Part shown: one piece after another, positions 17,465 through 27,860 of the stretch
How positions within the stretch are numbered: position 1 is the first letter of the stretch
Layout: every line of letters begins with the position of its first letter
Assembly (NCBI RefSeq): GCF_012927455.1
Contig: NZ_JABBPE010000003.1
Span: 18,970 to 82,969, forward strand
Direction of reading: 5' to 3'
Length of the DNA stretch: 64,000 nt
DNA from: Polaromonas sp.
GTDB taxonomy: Bacteria; Pseudomonadota; Gammaproteobacteria; Burkholderiales; Burkholderiaceae_C
Made by a program: the position numbers and the translations under genes
Notes under the pieces: generated by a model
Databases searched by the model: none
What the model saw: only the letters and a program-made list of their open reading frames with translations
Told to the model about the DNA's origin: nothing

Positions 17465-20400
17465 ATGACCGACCTGTCCGCCGAATACAAAGCGCTCGCC
17501 AATTACCGCCCCACGCACAAGGTGCGTTTTGTCACGGCCGCCTCGCTGTTCGACGGACACGATGCCGCCATCAACATCATGCGGCGCATTTTGCAGGGCA
17601 TGGGCGCCGAGGTGATTCACCTGGGCCACAACCGCAGCGTCGAAGAGGTGGTGACGGCCGCCCTGCAGGAAGACGCGCAGGGCATCGCCATCAGCTCCTA
17701 CCAGGGTGGCCATGTCGAGTACTTCAAATACATGGTCGACTTGCTGAAAAGCCGCGGCGGCGAGCATATCCAGGTCTTTGGCGGCGGCGGCGGCGTGATT
17801 GTGGGCCCGGAAATCCGCGAGCTGCAGGCCTACGGCGTGGCGCGCATTTTCAGCCCCGAGGACGGCCAGAAGATGGGCCTGGCCGGCATGATTGGCGAAA
17901 TGGTGATGCGCTGCGACCAGGACCTGACCGGCTTTGCGCCGACCGACGTGCAAGCCATCGAAGGCCATGGCGAAATGGCCTGGCGGGCGCTCGCGCAACT
18001 CATCACTGCGCTTGAAAACGAGAAGGCTAATGAGGCTGTAGTCCAAGCGGTACGGGCGCAAGCTGCTATCAAAAAGATACCAGTTTTGGGCATCACGGGC
18101 ACCGGTGGCGCCGGCAAGTCATCGCTCACCGACGAGCTGATCCGCCGGCTGCGGCTGGACCAGAACGACCAGTTGCGCATCGCCATCATCAGCATAGACC
18201 CGTCGCGCCGCAAGAGCGGCGGCGCCCTGCTGGGCGACCGCATCCGCATGAACGCCATCAATCCCTGGAATTCACAGGCCCCCACGCTTGTCGCTTCGCG
18301 TGCCGCGCTGCCCCCCGAGGGGGCTGAACTTGCTTGGGGCGGCCCGGCGCTGCGTTCGTTGCCACCCGGCGGCCAACGTGTTTTCATGCGCTCACTCGCC
18401 ACGCGCGACTTCGGCTCGGAAATCAGCCCGGCCTTGCCCGACGTGATTGCCGCCTGCAAGGCCGCCGGCTTCGACCTGATCGTGGTTGAAACCTCCGGCA
18501 TTGGGCAGGGCGACGCCGCCATCGTGCCGCATGTCGATGTGCCGATGTATGTGATGACGCCGGAGTTCGGCGCCGCCAGCCAGCTGGAAAAAATCGACAT
18601 GCTGGACTTTGCCGAGTTCATTGCCATCAACAAGTTTGACCGCAAGGGCTCGCTCGATGCGCTGCGTGATGTGGCAAAACAGGTGCAGCGCAACAAGGAA
18701 GCCTGGAGCACGCCGGCCGATCAGATGCCGGTGTTTGGCACCATGGCCGCGCGCTTTAACGACGACGGTGTGACAGCGCTGTACCAGGCGCTCAAGCCCC
18801 GCCTGGCCGCGCTCGGCCTGCATTTTGAGGACGGCATACTGCCCGAGGTCAAGGTGCGCCACAGCACCAACCAGACCCCCGTGGTGCCGGCGGCCCGCAC
18901 GCGCTACCTGGCCGAAATTACCGATACCGTGCGCGGCTACAAGAAACGCGGCCACGAGCAAGCCACGCTGGCCCGCGAAATCCAGCAGTTGCGCGCCGCC
19001 GCCGCCATGCTGACCGCGAGCAAGCCCGACAAGGCCCGAGCCGCCGAGGCCGCCATCGACCTGGCGGTGCAGCGCGAGCAAATTCAGGAGCCGTCTGCTA
19101 AAAAACTGCTGGCCCAGTGGCCGTTGATGCAGAAAGCTTATGCCGGCGACGAATACGTGGTGAAGATCCGCGACAAGGAAATCCGCACGGCGCTGACCAC
19201 CAAATCACTTTCCGGCACCACCATTCGCAAGGTTTGCCTGCCCAAATACGAAGACCACGGTGAAATCCTCAAGTGGCTGATTCTGGACAATGTGCCCGGC
19301 AGCTACCCCTACACAGCCGGAACCTTTGCCTTCAAGCGCGAGGGCGAAGACCCGACCCGCATGTTCGCCGGCGAAGGCGACCCGTTTCGCACCAACACGC
19401 GCTTCAAGTTGCTGAGCGACGGCATGGCCGCGAAGCGCCTGTCCACCGCGTTTGACTCGGTCACGCTGTATGGCAACGACCCGCATGTGCGGCCTGACAT
19501 TTACGGCAAGGTCGGCAATTCGGGCGTGTCGATTGCCACGCTGGACGACATGAAGGTGCTGTACGGCGGCTTTGACCTGTGCAGCCCGACCACCAGCGTG
19601 TCCATGACCATCAACGGCCCGGCACCGAGCATTCTGGCCATGTTCATGAACACCGCCATCGACCAGAACCTGGAAAAATTCAAGGCCGACAACGGCCGCG
19701 AAGCCACCGATACGGAAGCCCTGAAGATCCGGGAATGGGTGCTGGAGAACGTGCGCGGCACGGTGCAGGCCGACATCCTGAAAGAAGACCAGGGCCAAAA
19801 CACCTGCATCTTCTCGACCGAGTTCAGCCTGAAAGTGATGGGCGACATCGCCCAGTACTTCGTGCACAACCGGGTGCGCAACTTCTACAGCGTCTCAATC
19901 AGCGGCTACCACATCGCCGAAGCCGGCGCCAACCCGATCAGCCAGCTGGCCTTCACGCTGTCCAACGGCTTTACCTTTGTGGAAGCCTACCTGGCGCGCG
20001 GCATGCACATCGACGACTTCGCGCCCAACCTGTCCTTTTTCTTCAGCAATGGCATGGACCCCGAATACACCGTGATGGGCCGCGTGGCGCGCCGCATCTG
20101 GGCCGTCGCCATGAAAGAGAAATACGGCGCCAACGAACGCAGCCAGAAGCTGAAATACCACATCCAGACCTCAGGCCGCAGCCTGCACGCGCAGGAAATC
20201 CAGTTCAACGACATCCGCACCACGCTGCAGGCGTTGATCGCGATTTACGACAACTGCAATTCGCTGCACACCAACGCCTTTGACGAAGCCATCACCACGC
20301 CGACCGAAGACTCGGTGCGCCGCGCCATGGCGATCCAGCTCATCATCAACCGCGAATGGGGCCTGGCGAAAAACGAAAATCCGTCACAGGGCGCTTTCAT

Positions 20401-20854
20401 CATCGAGGAGCTGACCGAACTGGTCGAAGAAGCCGTGCTGATCGAATTCCAGAACATCGCCGATCGCGGCGGCGTGCTGGGCGCGATGGAAACCGGCTAC
20501 CAGCGCGGTCGTATCCAGGACGAATCGATGCATTACGAAATGCTCAAGCACACCGGCGAGCTGCCCATCATCGGCGTCAACACCTTCCGTAACCCGCATG
20601 GCGACGCGGTTCACGACAAGCTGGAACTGGCGCGCTCGACTGATGAAGAAAAGCAGAGCCAGCTGACGCGGCTGGCCGACTTCCAGCAGCGCCACGCCAA
20701 AGAGTCACCGGCGATGCTCAAACGCCTGCAGACGGCGGTGATCGAGAACAACAACGTGTTCGAAGTGCTGATGGACGCGGTGCGCGTCTGCTCGTTGGGG
20801 CAGATCACCAACGCGCTGTTTGAAGTGGGCGGGCAGTACCGCCGCAATATGTAA
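17465..20854 (+). CDS. icmF: Fused isobutyryl-CoA mutase / MeaB-like GTPase
   Basis: B12-binding [10 protein letters not shown]-loop [36 protein letters not shown], and mutase barrel motifs [13 protein letters not shown] and [16 protein letters not shown] before ATG 17465. Confidence 0.95.
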   Translation: MTDLSAEYKALANYRPTHKVRFVTAASLFDGHDAAINIMRRILQGMGAEVIHLGHNRSVEEVVTAALQEDAQGIAISSYQGGHVEYFKYMVDLLKSRGGEHIQVFGGGGGVIVGPEIRELQAYGVARIFSPEDGQKMGLAGMIGEMVMRCDQDLTGFAPTDVQAIEGHGEMAWRALAQLITALENEKANEAVVQAVRAQAAIKKIPVLGITGTGGAGKSSLTDELIRRLRLDQNDQLRIAIISIDPSRRKSGGALLGDRIRMNAINPWNSQAPTLVASRAALPPEGAELAWGGPALRSLPPGGQRVFMRSLATRDFGSEISPALPDVIAACKAAGFDLIVVETSGIGQGDAAIVPHVDVPMYVMTPEFGAASQLEKIDMLDFAEFIAINKFDRKGSLDALRDVAKQVQRNKEAWSTPADQMPVFGTMAARFNDDGVTALYQALKPRLAALGLHFEDGILPEVKVRHSTNQTPVVPAARTRYLAEITDTVRGYKKRGHEQATLAREIQQLRAAAAMLTASKPDKARAAEAAIDLAVQREQIQEPSAKKLLAQWPLMQKAYAGDEYVVKIRDKEIRTALTTKSLSGTTIRKVCLPKYEDHGEILKWLILDNVPGSYPYTAGTFAFKREGEDPTRMFAGEGDPFRTNTRFKLLSDGMAAKRLSTAFDSVTLYGNDPHVRPDIYGKVGNSGVSIATLDDMKVLYGGFDLCSPTTSVSMTINGPAPSILAMFMNTAIDQNLEKFKADNGREATDTEALKIREWVLENVRGTVQADILKEDQGQNTCIFSTEFSLKVMGDIAQYFVHNRVRNFYSVSISGYHIAEAGANPISQLAFTLSNGFTFVEAYLARGMHIDDFAPNLSFFFSNGMDPEYTVMGRVARRIWAVAMKEKYGANERSQKLKYHIQTSGRSLHAQEIQFNDIRTTLQALIAIYDNCNSLHTNAFDEAITTPTEDSVRRAMAIQLIINREWGLAKNENPSQGAFIIEELTELVEEAVLIEFQNIADRGGVLGAMETGYQRGRIQDESMHYEMLKHTGELPIIGVNTFRNPHGDAVHDKLELARSTDEEKQSQLTRLADFQQRHAKESPAMLKRLQTAVIENNNVFEVLMDAVRVCSLGQITNALFEVGGQYRRNM
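18032..18081 (-). repeat. GCTAT-N7-ATAGC repeat copy inside the icmF reading frame
   Basis: Reverse complement reads GGTAT-CTTTTTG-ATAGC-AGCTTGCGCCCGTACCGCTTGGACTACAGCCTC, matching the intergenic copies. Encodes [16 protein letters not shown] just before the P-loop. Confidence 0.8.
18278..18375 (+). repeat. GC-rich palindromic element inserted in frame in icmF
   Basis: CCCCCACGCTTGTCGCTTCGCG...GCCCCCCGAGGGGGC...GCTTGGGGCGGCCCGGCGCTGCG; perfect hairpin GCCCCC-CGA-GGGGGC. Encodes [30 protein letters not shown] between MNAINPW and [10 protein letters not shown]. Confidence 0.65.
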
Positions 20855-20910
20855 AAAGGCGAAACGCATGGGCCTAAAATATTCCCTTATTCATTAGGGA
20901 AGAATTAACG

Positions 20911-21576
20911 ATGGCAATGCGAAATTCAGTGGCACTGGCCACTTTGCTGGTGTCAATGTTTGTCGCTTTTCCGGCCATCTGCCAGCCCGTCAAAGCCATT
21001 CCGGCAGCAAGCCTGGACCTGGCTGCGCGCCTGCAAGAGGAGGAAAGCCATCCGGGTCAACGCGAGGCAGCCTACAAGGCCGGCGGCAAGGTCGCGGCTT
21101 TCTGCGCCAACTGTCATGGCGAGGGCGGCAACAGCAACAATGCCGCCATTCCCAACCTGGCAGGGCAGAACCCCACGTATTTGCTGGAGCAGCTGCGCCA
21201 ATTCAGCGATGGGAGCCGCCGCAACGAGTTCATGGAGCGAATGATCAAGGCTCTCAGCCCCGCCGAAAAAATCGGTATCGTTGTTTTCTATTCCAGCCAG
21301 GAAGTCACGCACAAGCCATCGGCGAACGCCGCACTGGTCGGCCAGGGATTGGCGTACTACAACAATGTTTGTGCGCGTTGCCATGGCGCGCAGGGTCGCG
21401 GAAATGCGAAAGTCGCACGAGTCGCCGGACAGCAGCCAGACTATCTGAACGTGACGCTCAAGCGCTACCGGGACGGTTCAGGTGTGCGCAACGAGCCCCT
21501 GATGGCGGCCAATACGCGGCTGATGACAGACGCCGATATCGCCGCCGTCGTTGCCTACGTCTCGTCCATGAAATAG
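20911..21576 (+). CDS. Diheme cytochrome c4/c553
   Basis: Signal peptide, two CxxCH motifs (CANCH, CARCH), PNLAGQ...YLLEQL, ARVAGQQPDYL. Confidence 0.9.
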   Translation: MAMRNSVALATLLVSMFVAFPAICQPVKAIPAASLDLAARLQEEESHPGQREAAYKAGGKVAAFCANCHGEGGNSNNAAIPNLAGQNPTYLLEQLRQFSDGSRRNEFMERMIKALSPAEKIGIVVFYSSQEVTHKPSANAALVGQGLAYYNNVCARCHGAQGRGNAKVARVAGQQPDYLNVTLKRYRDGSGVRNEPLMAANTRLMTDADIAAVVAYVSSMK

Positions 21577-21631
21577 GAGGTCTTGCGCCTGCCCGCTGCG
21601 CGCGCAACGGGTGCGGCAAGACCATCCAGGC

Positions 21632-21669
21632 AAAAAAAAACACCTGAGGCGCCATAGGCTTGAGGTGTT
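21632..21669 (-). terminator. Probable terminator for the minus-strand small ORF
   Basis: Stem ACACCT/AGGTGT followed on the minus strand by U9. Confidence 0.5.
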
Positions 21670-21716
21670 CAGGTGGCAGGCGCGGCGGCGAACAGACAAC
21701 TCCCGCCGACGCGCAA

Positions 21717-21881
21717 TTAACCGCCTTTTTTCGGGCGTTTGCCGGCGTTTTTCTTGTTGCGGGTTGAAGAACCGCGCTCAAGGCTGATCTTCTGGCCATG
21801 GCCAGAGCTGGGGGTGAAGCCCTTGGGGGGCACTGGCTTGGGGGCGCAGATGTCGGCTTCGACTCTGATTTTCTTGGGCAT
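21717..21881 (-). CDS. Small Lys/Arg-rich protein (54 aa), unknown function
   Basis: Below the ORF-track cutoff: MPKKIRVEADICAPKPVPPKGFTPSSGHGQKISLERGSSTRNKKNAGKRPKKGG. GGAG about 5 nt before the ATG and a terminator downstream. Confidence 0.6.
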   Translation of the reverse strand: MPKKIRVEADICAPKPVPPKGFTPSSGHGQKISLERGSSTRNKKNAGKRPKKGG

Positions 21882-21931
21882 GAAGACTCCGGGTTTAAAA
21901 ATGGCTTAACGCGTGATTTTAAGCCACAGCG

Positions 21932-23002
21932 CTACACCGGCTTGCGCAGCGGCAGGTTGATCAGCAAATTCTGTGGTTTCAACCTGAACACGCTTTCGGT
22001 ATTCATCATCAGTCCCAGATAAACCGGCTTGCCCGCCACATCGGCGCGCATCTCCTGCGGATCGGCAAAATCCAGCCGGAACAGGCTGACCAGGCGCTGC
22101 ATCCGGTCCGGCTCAATCTCTTGGCCTTCATACAAATCGTTGAGTAGCGCCGTCGCTTCAACATCCAGTCCGACGTGCCAGCGCCAAGCCGCGTCATCGA
22201 CTTTTTGCAGCGGCTTGATGCTGACGGCGATGCCCAGAAAGTGTTGCACCCACCTGGCCAGCACGCTGGTCAGCGCCTTCAGTCCTGATCGGGCGCGCGT
22301 CATCTTGAACACCAGACCGTGGCTCAGGTCGTTGCTGACTTCATGGGTCAAATCGAGCAGAAAGCTGTGGCGACCGCTGCTTTGCCAGTAGTCGGGCGCG
22401 TTGATGTCGGTCAGCACCTGCATGTCAATACTGCGCAGCGGCGCCTTGGCTTCCGCCAGAAAGCGCCCAAAGTCGCCCAGTCCGCCGGTCTCATGGAGCA
22501 TGTCGATCACCTCGCGGTCACCGCTCAGCACTTGGCCGTCCTGCGTGCTGATACGCTGGCTGCGAAACAGCATTTCTGCGGCGCGCAGCTCGTAGGCATC
22601 GGTGCCCTGTTCCAGCAGGCTGTGCGTGATGGCCTGCACCAGCAGATCGATGAAAAGCGGCGGGATGTCGATGCGGCCCGCGCCGTCGCGCGGAAACAAA
22701 CTCAGGTAATAGGCCTCCAGCGTGCCGGCGGCCAGCAGGCCATCGCGAAAGCGCAGAAACAGCGTATAGCTTTCCCGCGCATCGGCATCCTGCACGGCCT
22801 GCAAGGCGCTGACCGCGACCAGACCCGAAGGAGAATTAACCAGCGCCGCGTGCAGGGCACGCTCGGCCGGGCAGGATTCGGGCAGCAGCGCCAGCTCGGG
22901 CCGGGCCAGAAAAAGCCGCAGGTAGTCGTCGGTGGGCAGCAACCAGCCGCGCGGGTTGCGCTGAAGCTGAAGAAACCCACTAGAAGGCCAGAAATTTTGC
23001 AT
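21932..23002 (-). CDS. Conserved hypothetical protein (DUF6352-like)
   Basis: FWPSSGF...LLPTDDYLR...RPELAL..ESC.AERALH N-terminus, WRWHVGLD, and C-terminal PVYLGLMM...LKPQNLLINLP. Family recalled from memory. Confidence 0.65.
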   Translation of the reverse strand: MQNFWPSSGFLQLQRNPRGWLLPTDDYLRLFLARPELALLPESCPAERALHAALVNSPSGLVAVSALQAVQDADARESYTLFLRFRDGLLAAGTLEAYYLSLFPRDGAGRIDIPPLFIDLLVQAITHSLLEQGTDAYELRAAEMLFRSQRISTQDGQVLSGDREVIDMLHETGGLGDFGRFLAEAKAPLRSIDMQVLTDINAPDYWQSSGRHSFLLDLTHEVSNDLSHGLVFKMTRARSGLKALTSVLARWVQHFLGIAVSIKPLQKVDDAAWRWHVGLDVEATALLNDLYEGQEIEPDRMQRLVSLFRLDFADPQEMRADVAGKPVYLGLMMNTESVFRLKPQNLLINLPLRKPV

Positions 23003-23052
23003 GGACGCAATCGTCGCATATTGCACGGCTGGTTTTTTATTGCCTCTAAAGC

Positions 23053-23100
23053 GCTACTGTTTTAATAGCTGCTTGCGCCTGTATTTATTGGGCTAGACCC
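23053..23100 (+). repeat. GCTAT-N7-ATAGC repeat, copy 4
   Basis: GCTAC-TGTTTTA-ATAGC-TGCTTGCGCCTGTATTTATTGGGCTAGACCC. Confidence 0.85.
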
Positions 23101-23290
23101 ATATTTCATTACTTATTTTGCGTTCAGACGGTCGGCTGGCCAGCCAGTGTTATGCCTTACATCCGCTTGCATGACCTGACCAAATGGCGCACTCTTTACC
23201 GGCGCTTAGCAGCCCCACCCGCCGGCTGGCCCGTTATCAGGCTTAGTGCCTCATCAAATGCGGCATGCAACACAGGAAGTGAGCGACCAC

Positions 23291-25738
23291 ATGACAACAT
23301 CCCGCATTGAATCCCGCACTGTTTTGGCAAGCCCTGGTTTTCGGTTTCTCCCGCGTTTTATGGGGAATTTGCTGCTGTTCGCCGCCCCGTTGCTGCTGTC
23401 GCTGGCAGCGCTGCCCTCCGTGGCATCGGCGCAGAACACCACGCAGCAAGGCGCGCCGCTAGACCCCCCGGGCCGCGTCGGCCGGCTCAGCCTGACCGAA
23501 GGGGCCGTGAGCCTGGCGCCGGCCGACCGCGACGGGCGGCCCGGCAACGATGCATGGACCCCCGCGTCGCTGAACAGGCCCCTGACCAGCGGCGACAAAT
23601 TGTGGACCGGCCCCCGCGCCCGCTCGGAACTGCACATCGGCTCAACCGCGGTACGCATGAGCGAGCAGACCAGCCTGGATTTACTGGCCCTGGACGACGA
23701 CGTGACCCAGCTGCGCCTGGCGCAGGGCAGCCTCAAGCTGCGCGTGCGCACCTTGTTTGAAGGCCAGCGCCTGGAAGTCAACACGCCCAACCTGGCTTTC
23801 GTCATTACCCAGCCTGGCGACTACCGCCTCGACGTCAACCCCGCCAGCGACGTCACCCGAGTGGTGGCGCAGTCGGGTGGCGGCGTGATTTATGGCGACA
23901 ACGGCGCGCGGGTAGAGCTGGGCAGCCAGCAACAGGCCAATTACAGCGGCACGCAACTGACACCCGCCGCACTGGGCGCCGCGCAACAAGACGGCTTTGA
24001 CGCCTGGGCCACGGCGCGCGACCGGCGTGAGGACCGGTCGGTGTCGGCGCGCTATGTGCCACGCGAAACCGTCGGCTACCAGCAACTCGACAACTACGGC
24101 GACTGGAGTCAGGATCCGACCTATGGCGCGGTCTGGCAGCCGCGCGCCGTACCGGCCAACTGGGCGCCCTACCGGGCCGGCCACTGGAGCTGGATAGCGC
24201 CCTGGGGCTGGACCTGGGTGGACGACGCGCCCTGGGGCTTTGCCCCGTTTCACTACGGCCGCTGGGCCCAGATCGGCCCGCGCTGGGCCTGGGTGCCGGG
24301 GCGCATGGCAGCGCAACCGGTCTACGCTCCGGCGCTGGTCGCCTTTGTCGGCGGCAGCAGCGGCGGCGTGAACTGGAACATCTCGATCGGCTCGGGCGGC
24401 CAAGCGCGGCCCGGCCTGGGCTGGTTCCCGCTGGCACCGGGCGAGGCCTACCGTCCGGCTTACCGAGCCAGTCCGCGCTACGTGACTCAGGTCAACCAGA
24501 ACATCGTGGTCAACAACACGGTGAACGTGACTAACATCTACCGCTACCAGCGCCAGCCCGCCGCCGTCACGGCGGCCAGCCGGGAAGACTTTGTGCGTGG
24601 CCGGCCTCTGCGTGGCAGCCAGCAGGTGCTGAGCGCCATCGACTTGAACCGCGCCCAAGTTGTGCGCGACCACAGCGCGCTGCCGCAGCGCCCTGAACGC
24701 AACGAGCGCGAACGGCCAAGGTCTGTTGCAGCCGCCGCCCTGCCACCTGCCGCGCTGGCCGCACGGCCTGTCGTGGGCAGTCGTGACGAGCGCCGCCAAG
24801 AAAGGCGCGATGACAGGCGGCCAGATGAAAACCGCGCTGAAAAACGCGATATGGGCCAGCCCGGTCGTATCGACAATCGTTTGAACGGCGCTGATGACGC
24901 GCGCCGCGCTGGCCGGCCCGACAACAGGGAGCGCAATGGCCGCACCCTGCCGCCCGTGTCTGCGCCGCCAGCCGCCGTCGGACTTCTGGGCGCGCAGCCA
25001 CCTGTCACCAAGCCGATGCCGGTCGCGCCGCCGGGCGCGCGTCCAGCCCAGTCGCCGCCTATTGACCGCACCGCCCAGGAAGCCGAACAACGGGCCAGGC
25101 GCGAGCAGCAGCGTCAGCAACGTGACGTAGACCGGAAGCAAAACGTCCAGCGCTCGCCAACTGAAGCATCGCCGGGGCAGCGCGCCATGCGTGAGCAGCC
25201 GCAGAAAAACGGCAACGCCCCGCCAGCGGCTGTGCAGGCGCCAGCCGCACCGGAGCGTCGTGCGGCAGAGCAGGCGCAGCAACTTGAGCGTGACCAGCAG
25301 CGCCAGCAAACCGAAGCGGCGCAAGGCCAGCGCGCCCAGCGCGAGCAGGTACAAAAGCAGCAGGCATCCGATCAGGCCGCGCTGGCACAGCGACAACAGC
25401 AACGTGCCCAACAAGACCAGCAGGGCCAAGCCCGTCAGCAACAGGCACAACAGCAACTGCGTGACCAGCAGCGCCAGCAAAACGAAGCAGCCCAAGGCCA
25501 GCGCACCCAGCGTGAGCAGGCGCAAAAGCGGCAGGCATCCGATCAGGCCGCGCAAGCACAGCAACAACAGCAACGTGCCCAACAAGACCAGCAACGCCAA
25601 GCCCGCGAACAGCCGCAACCGCCGCCACAGGAGCGGCAAAGGGCACCAGACCCGGAACGGCAGAAAAAGCGCCGGGCAGACACCGCCAACACAGCGGGCA
25701 ACCCCCAGCCTGATGGCGAGCCCAATCGCAACCGCTAG
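23291..25738 (+). CDS. Exported FecR-like/DUF6600-domain protein with a Pro/Arg/Gln-rich tail
   Basis: Hydrophobic leader, DPPGRVGRLS, FecR-like beta region (RLAQGSLKLRV, YRLDV), Trp-rich WAPYRAGHWSWIAPWGWTWVDDAPWGFAPFHYGRW, low-complexity C-terminus. Confidence 0.78.
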   Translation: MTTSRIESRTVLASPGFRFLPRFMGNLLLFAAPLLLSLAALPSVASAQNTTQQGAPLDPPGRVGRLSLTEGAVSLAPADRDGRPGNDAWTPASLNRPLTSGDKLWTGPRARSELHIGSTAVRMSEQTSLDLLALDDDVTQLRLAQGSLKLRVRTLFEGQRLEVNTPNLAFVITQPGDYRLDVNPASDVTRVVAQSGGGVIYGDNGARVELGSQQQANYSGTQLTPAALGAAQQDGFDAWATARDRREDRSVSARYVPRETVGYQQLDNYGDWSQDPTYGAVWQPRAVPANWAPYRAGHWSWIAPWGWTWVDDAPWGFAPFHYGRWAQIGPRWAWVPGRMAAQPVYAPALVAFVGGSSGGVNWNISIGSGGQARPGLGWFPLAPGEAYRPAYRASPRYVTQVNQNIVVNNTVNVTNIYRYQRQPAAVTAASREDFVRGRPLRGSQQVLSAIDLNRAQVVRDHSALPQRPERNERERPRSVAAAALPPAALAARPVVGSRDERRQERRDDRRPDENRAEKRDMGQPGRIDNRLNGADDARRAGRPDNRERNGRTLPPVSAPPAAVGLLGAQPPVTKPMPVAPPGARPAQSPPIDRTAQEAEQRARREQQRQQRDVDRKQNVQRSPTEASPGQRAMREQPQKNGNAPPAAVQAPAAPERRAAEQAQQLERDQQRQQTEAAQGQRAQREQVQKQQASDQAALAQRQQQRAQQDQQGQARQQQAQQQLRDQQRQQNEAAQGQRTQREQAQKRQASDQAAQAQQQQQRAQQDQQRQAREQPQPPPQERQRAPDPERQKKRRADTANTAGNPQPDGEPNRNR
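25288..25606 (+). repeat. 171-bp (57-aa) tandem duplication in the Gln-rich tail
   Basis: GCGTGACCAGCAGCGCCAGCAAA starts at 25288 and again at 25459; the protein repeats RDQQRQQ.EAAQGQR.QREQ.QK.QASDQAA. Confidence 0.8.
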
Positions 25739-25770
25739 GCCACGTCGCATTTTGGACCCCGCCTTAGTTC

Positions 25771-25820
25771 GCTATGTTTTTTATAGCTGACTGCGCCCGT
25801 AAAACATGGGCTAGAGGCTC
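25771..25820 (+). repeat. GCTAT-N7-ATAGC repeat, copy 5
   Basis: GCTAT-GTTTTTT-ATAGC-TGACTGCGCCCGTAAAACATGGGCTAGAGGCTC. Confidence 0.85.
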
Positions 25821-26218
25821 TTTTTAATCAGAATTTGTACTCAATCAAGTGACGCCCTGACCGGTGTCCCTGAACCGGTGCAGTTCCGGCGCAGTTCCGG
25901 TGCAGTTCATTCCCTCATTGAACGGAAGGCGCAGAACAGGTCATCAGCCGGTTCAGCAACGAGCCGCCGGGCCACTGCCCGCGTTTGACCGCACCGAATC
26001 TGACGGGCTGGCTGGCTGGCTGGCTTTGTCCGTCCGTTCACACCCAAGCCGCAGCTGCTTTGGAGATGGCGCGCCTGGCGCTTAACGCAAAACTACTTAA
26101 GGGTCTTACCCGGTAGCACGGCCCTGCCCCCGTAGCTACGATTGGCATAGCGTTTCACGGCGGTTAGCCTGCGCTTGTAGCGGTGCCCAGCCCGACTCCG
26201 TGAATTCAATCCCATCAC

Positions 26219-27007
<789 letters not shown>

Positions 27008-27067
27008 TGCATAGCGCCCTTACGCTTTTCACTTCATGCAATACGCCGCCCTCCATTGAAGCCTCGC

Positions 27068-27772
27068 ATGACTAAAGAACTGCTCCGCATCGAAGACCTG
27101 CACGCCTGGTATGGCGAATCGCACATCCTGCATGGCGTGAACCTCTCGGTGAACGAGGGAGAAGTCGTGACCCTGCTGGGCCGCAATGGCGCGGGTCGCA
27201 CCACCACACTGCGCGCCATTGTTGGCATGACGGGTGCCCGCAAGGGCTCGATTCGCATCAATGGCGAAGAAGCCCTGAAACTGGCACCGCACAAAGTGGC
27301 GCGGTTGGGCGTCGGCTACTGCCCGGAAGAACGCGGCATTTTCGCCAGCCTGTCGGCCGAGGAAAACCTGATGCTGCCGCCGACGATTGGCCCGGACGGC
27401 ATGAGTCTGGCCGAAATTTACGCGATGTTTCCCAACCTGAAGGAGCGTGCCAGCAGCCCTGGCACCCGCCTGTCGGGCGGCGAGCAGCAGATGCTGGCGG
27501 TGGCGCGCATCTTGCGCACTGGCGCCCGCCTGCTGCTGCTCGATGAAATCTCTGAAGGCCTAGCGCCTGTCATTGTGCAAAAGCTGGCCGAGATGATCCT
27601 AAACTTGAAGGCCAAAGGCTACACCATCGTGCTGGTCGAGCAGAACTTCCGCTTTGCCGCGCCGCTAGCCGACCGTTTCTACGTCATGGAACACGGCCAA
27701 ATCGTCAAGCAATTTGCACAGACCGAGCTGCAGCAAAACATGGGCATGCTGCAGGAATACTTGGGGGTCTAG
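27068..27772 (+). CDS. livF: LivF-like ABC ATPase
   Basis: GRNGAGRTT, LSGGEQQMLA, LDEISEGLAP. Confidence 0.9.
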   Translation: MTKELLRIEDLHAWYGESHILHGVNLSVNEGEVVTLLGRNGAGRTTTLRAIVGMTGARKGSIRINGEEALKLAPHKVARLGVGYCPEERGIFASLSAEENLMLPPTIGPDGMSLAEIYAMFPNLKERASSPGTRLSGGEQQMLAVARILRTGARLLLLDEISEGLAPVIVQKLAEMILNLKAKGYTIVLVEQNFRFAAPLADRFYVMEHGQIVKQFAQTELQQNMGMLQEYLGV

Positions 27773-27860
27773 GCGGTTTACGCTGCCTGCCCCGTTTTTT
27801 TTACGCTAACTCAGCGTAATCCCGCCTAACCTCAACTCATCGATTTAACAGGAGAACTCC

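Noticed and set aside
20911-21576. Diheme c4 as the TsdB partner of the TsdA enzymes
   Set aside because: It lies 27 kb away in a different context; c4-type cytochromes are common, so there is no sequence support for the link.
23681-25750. 689-aa minus-strand ORF
   Set aside because: Antisense shadow of the low-complexity DUF6600-like gene; its Leu-rich look is the reverse complement of CAG/CAA repeats.
26135-26151. GCTAC-GATTGGC-ATAGC as a twelfth repeat copy
   Set aside because: Spacer is not AT-rich and the tail is absent; it overlaps a plausible -10 (TACGAT) of the livG promoter and is probably coincidental.
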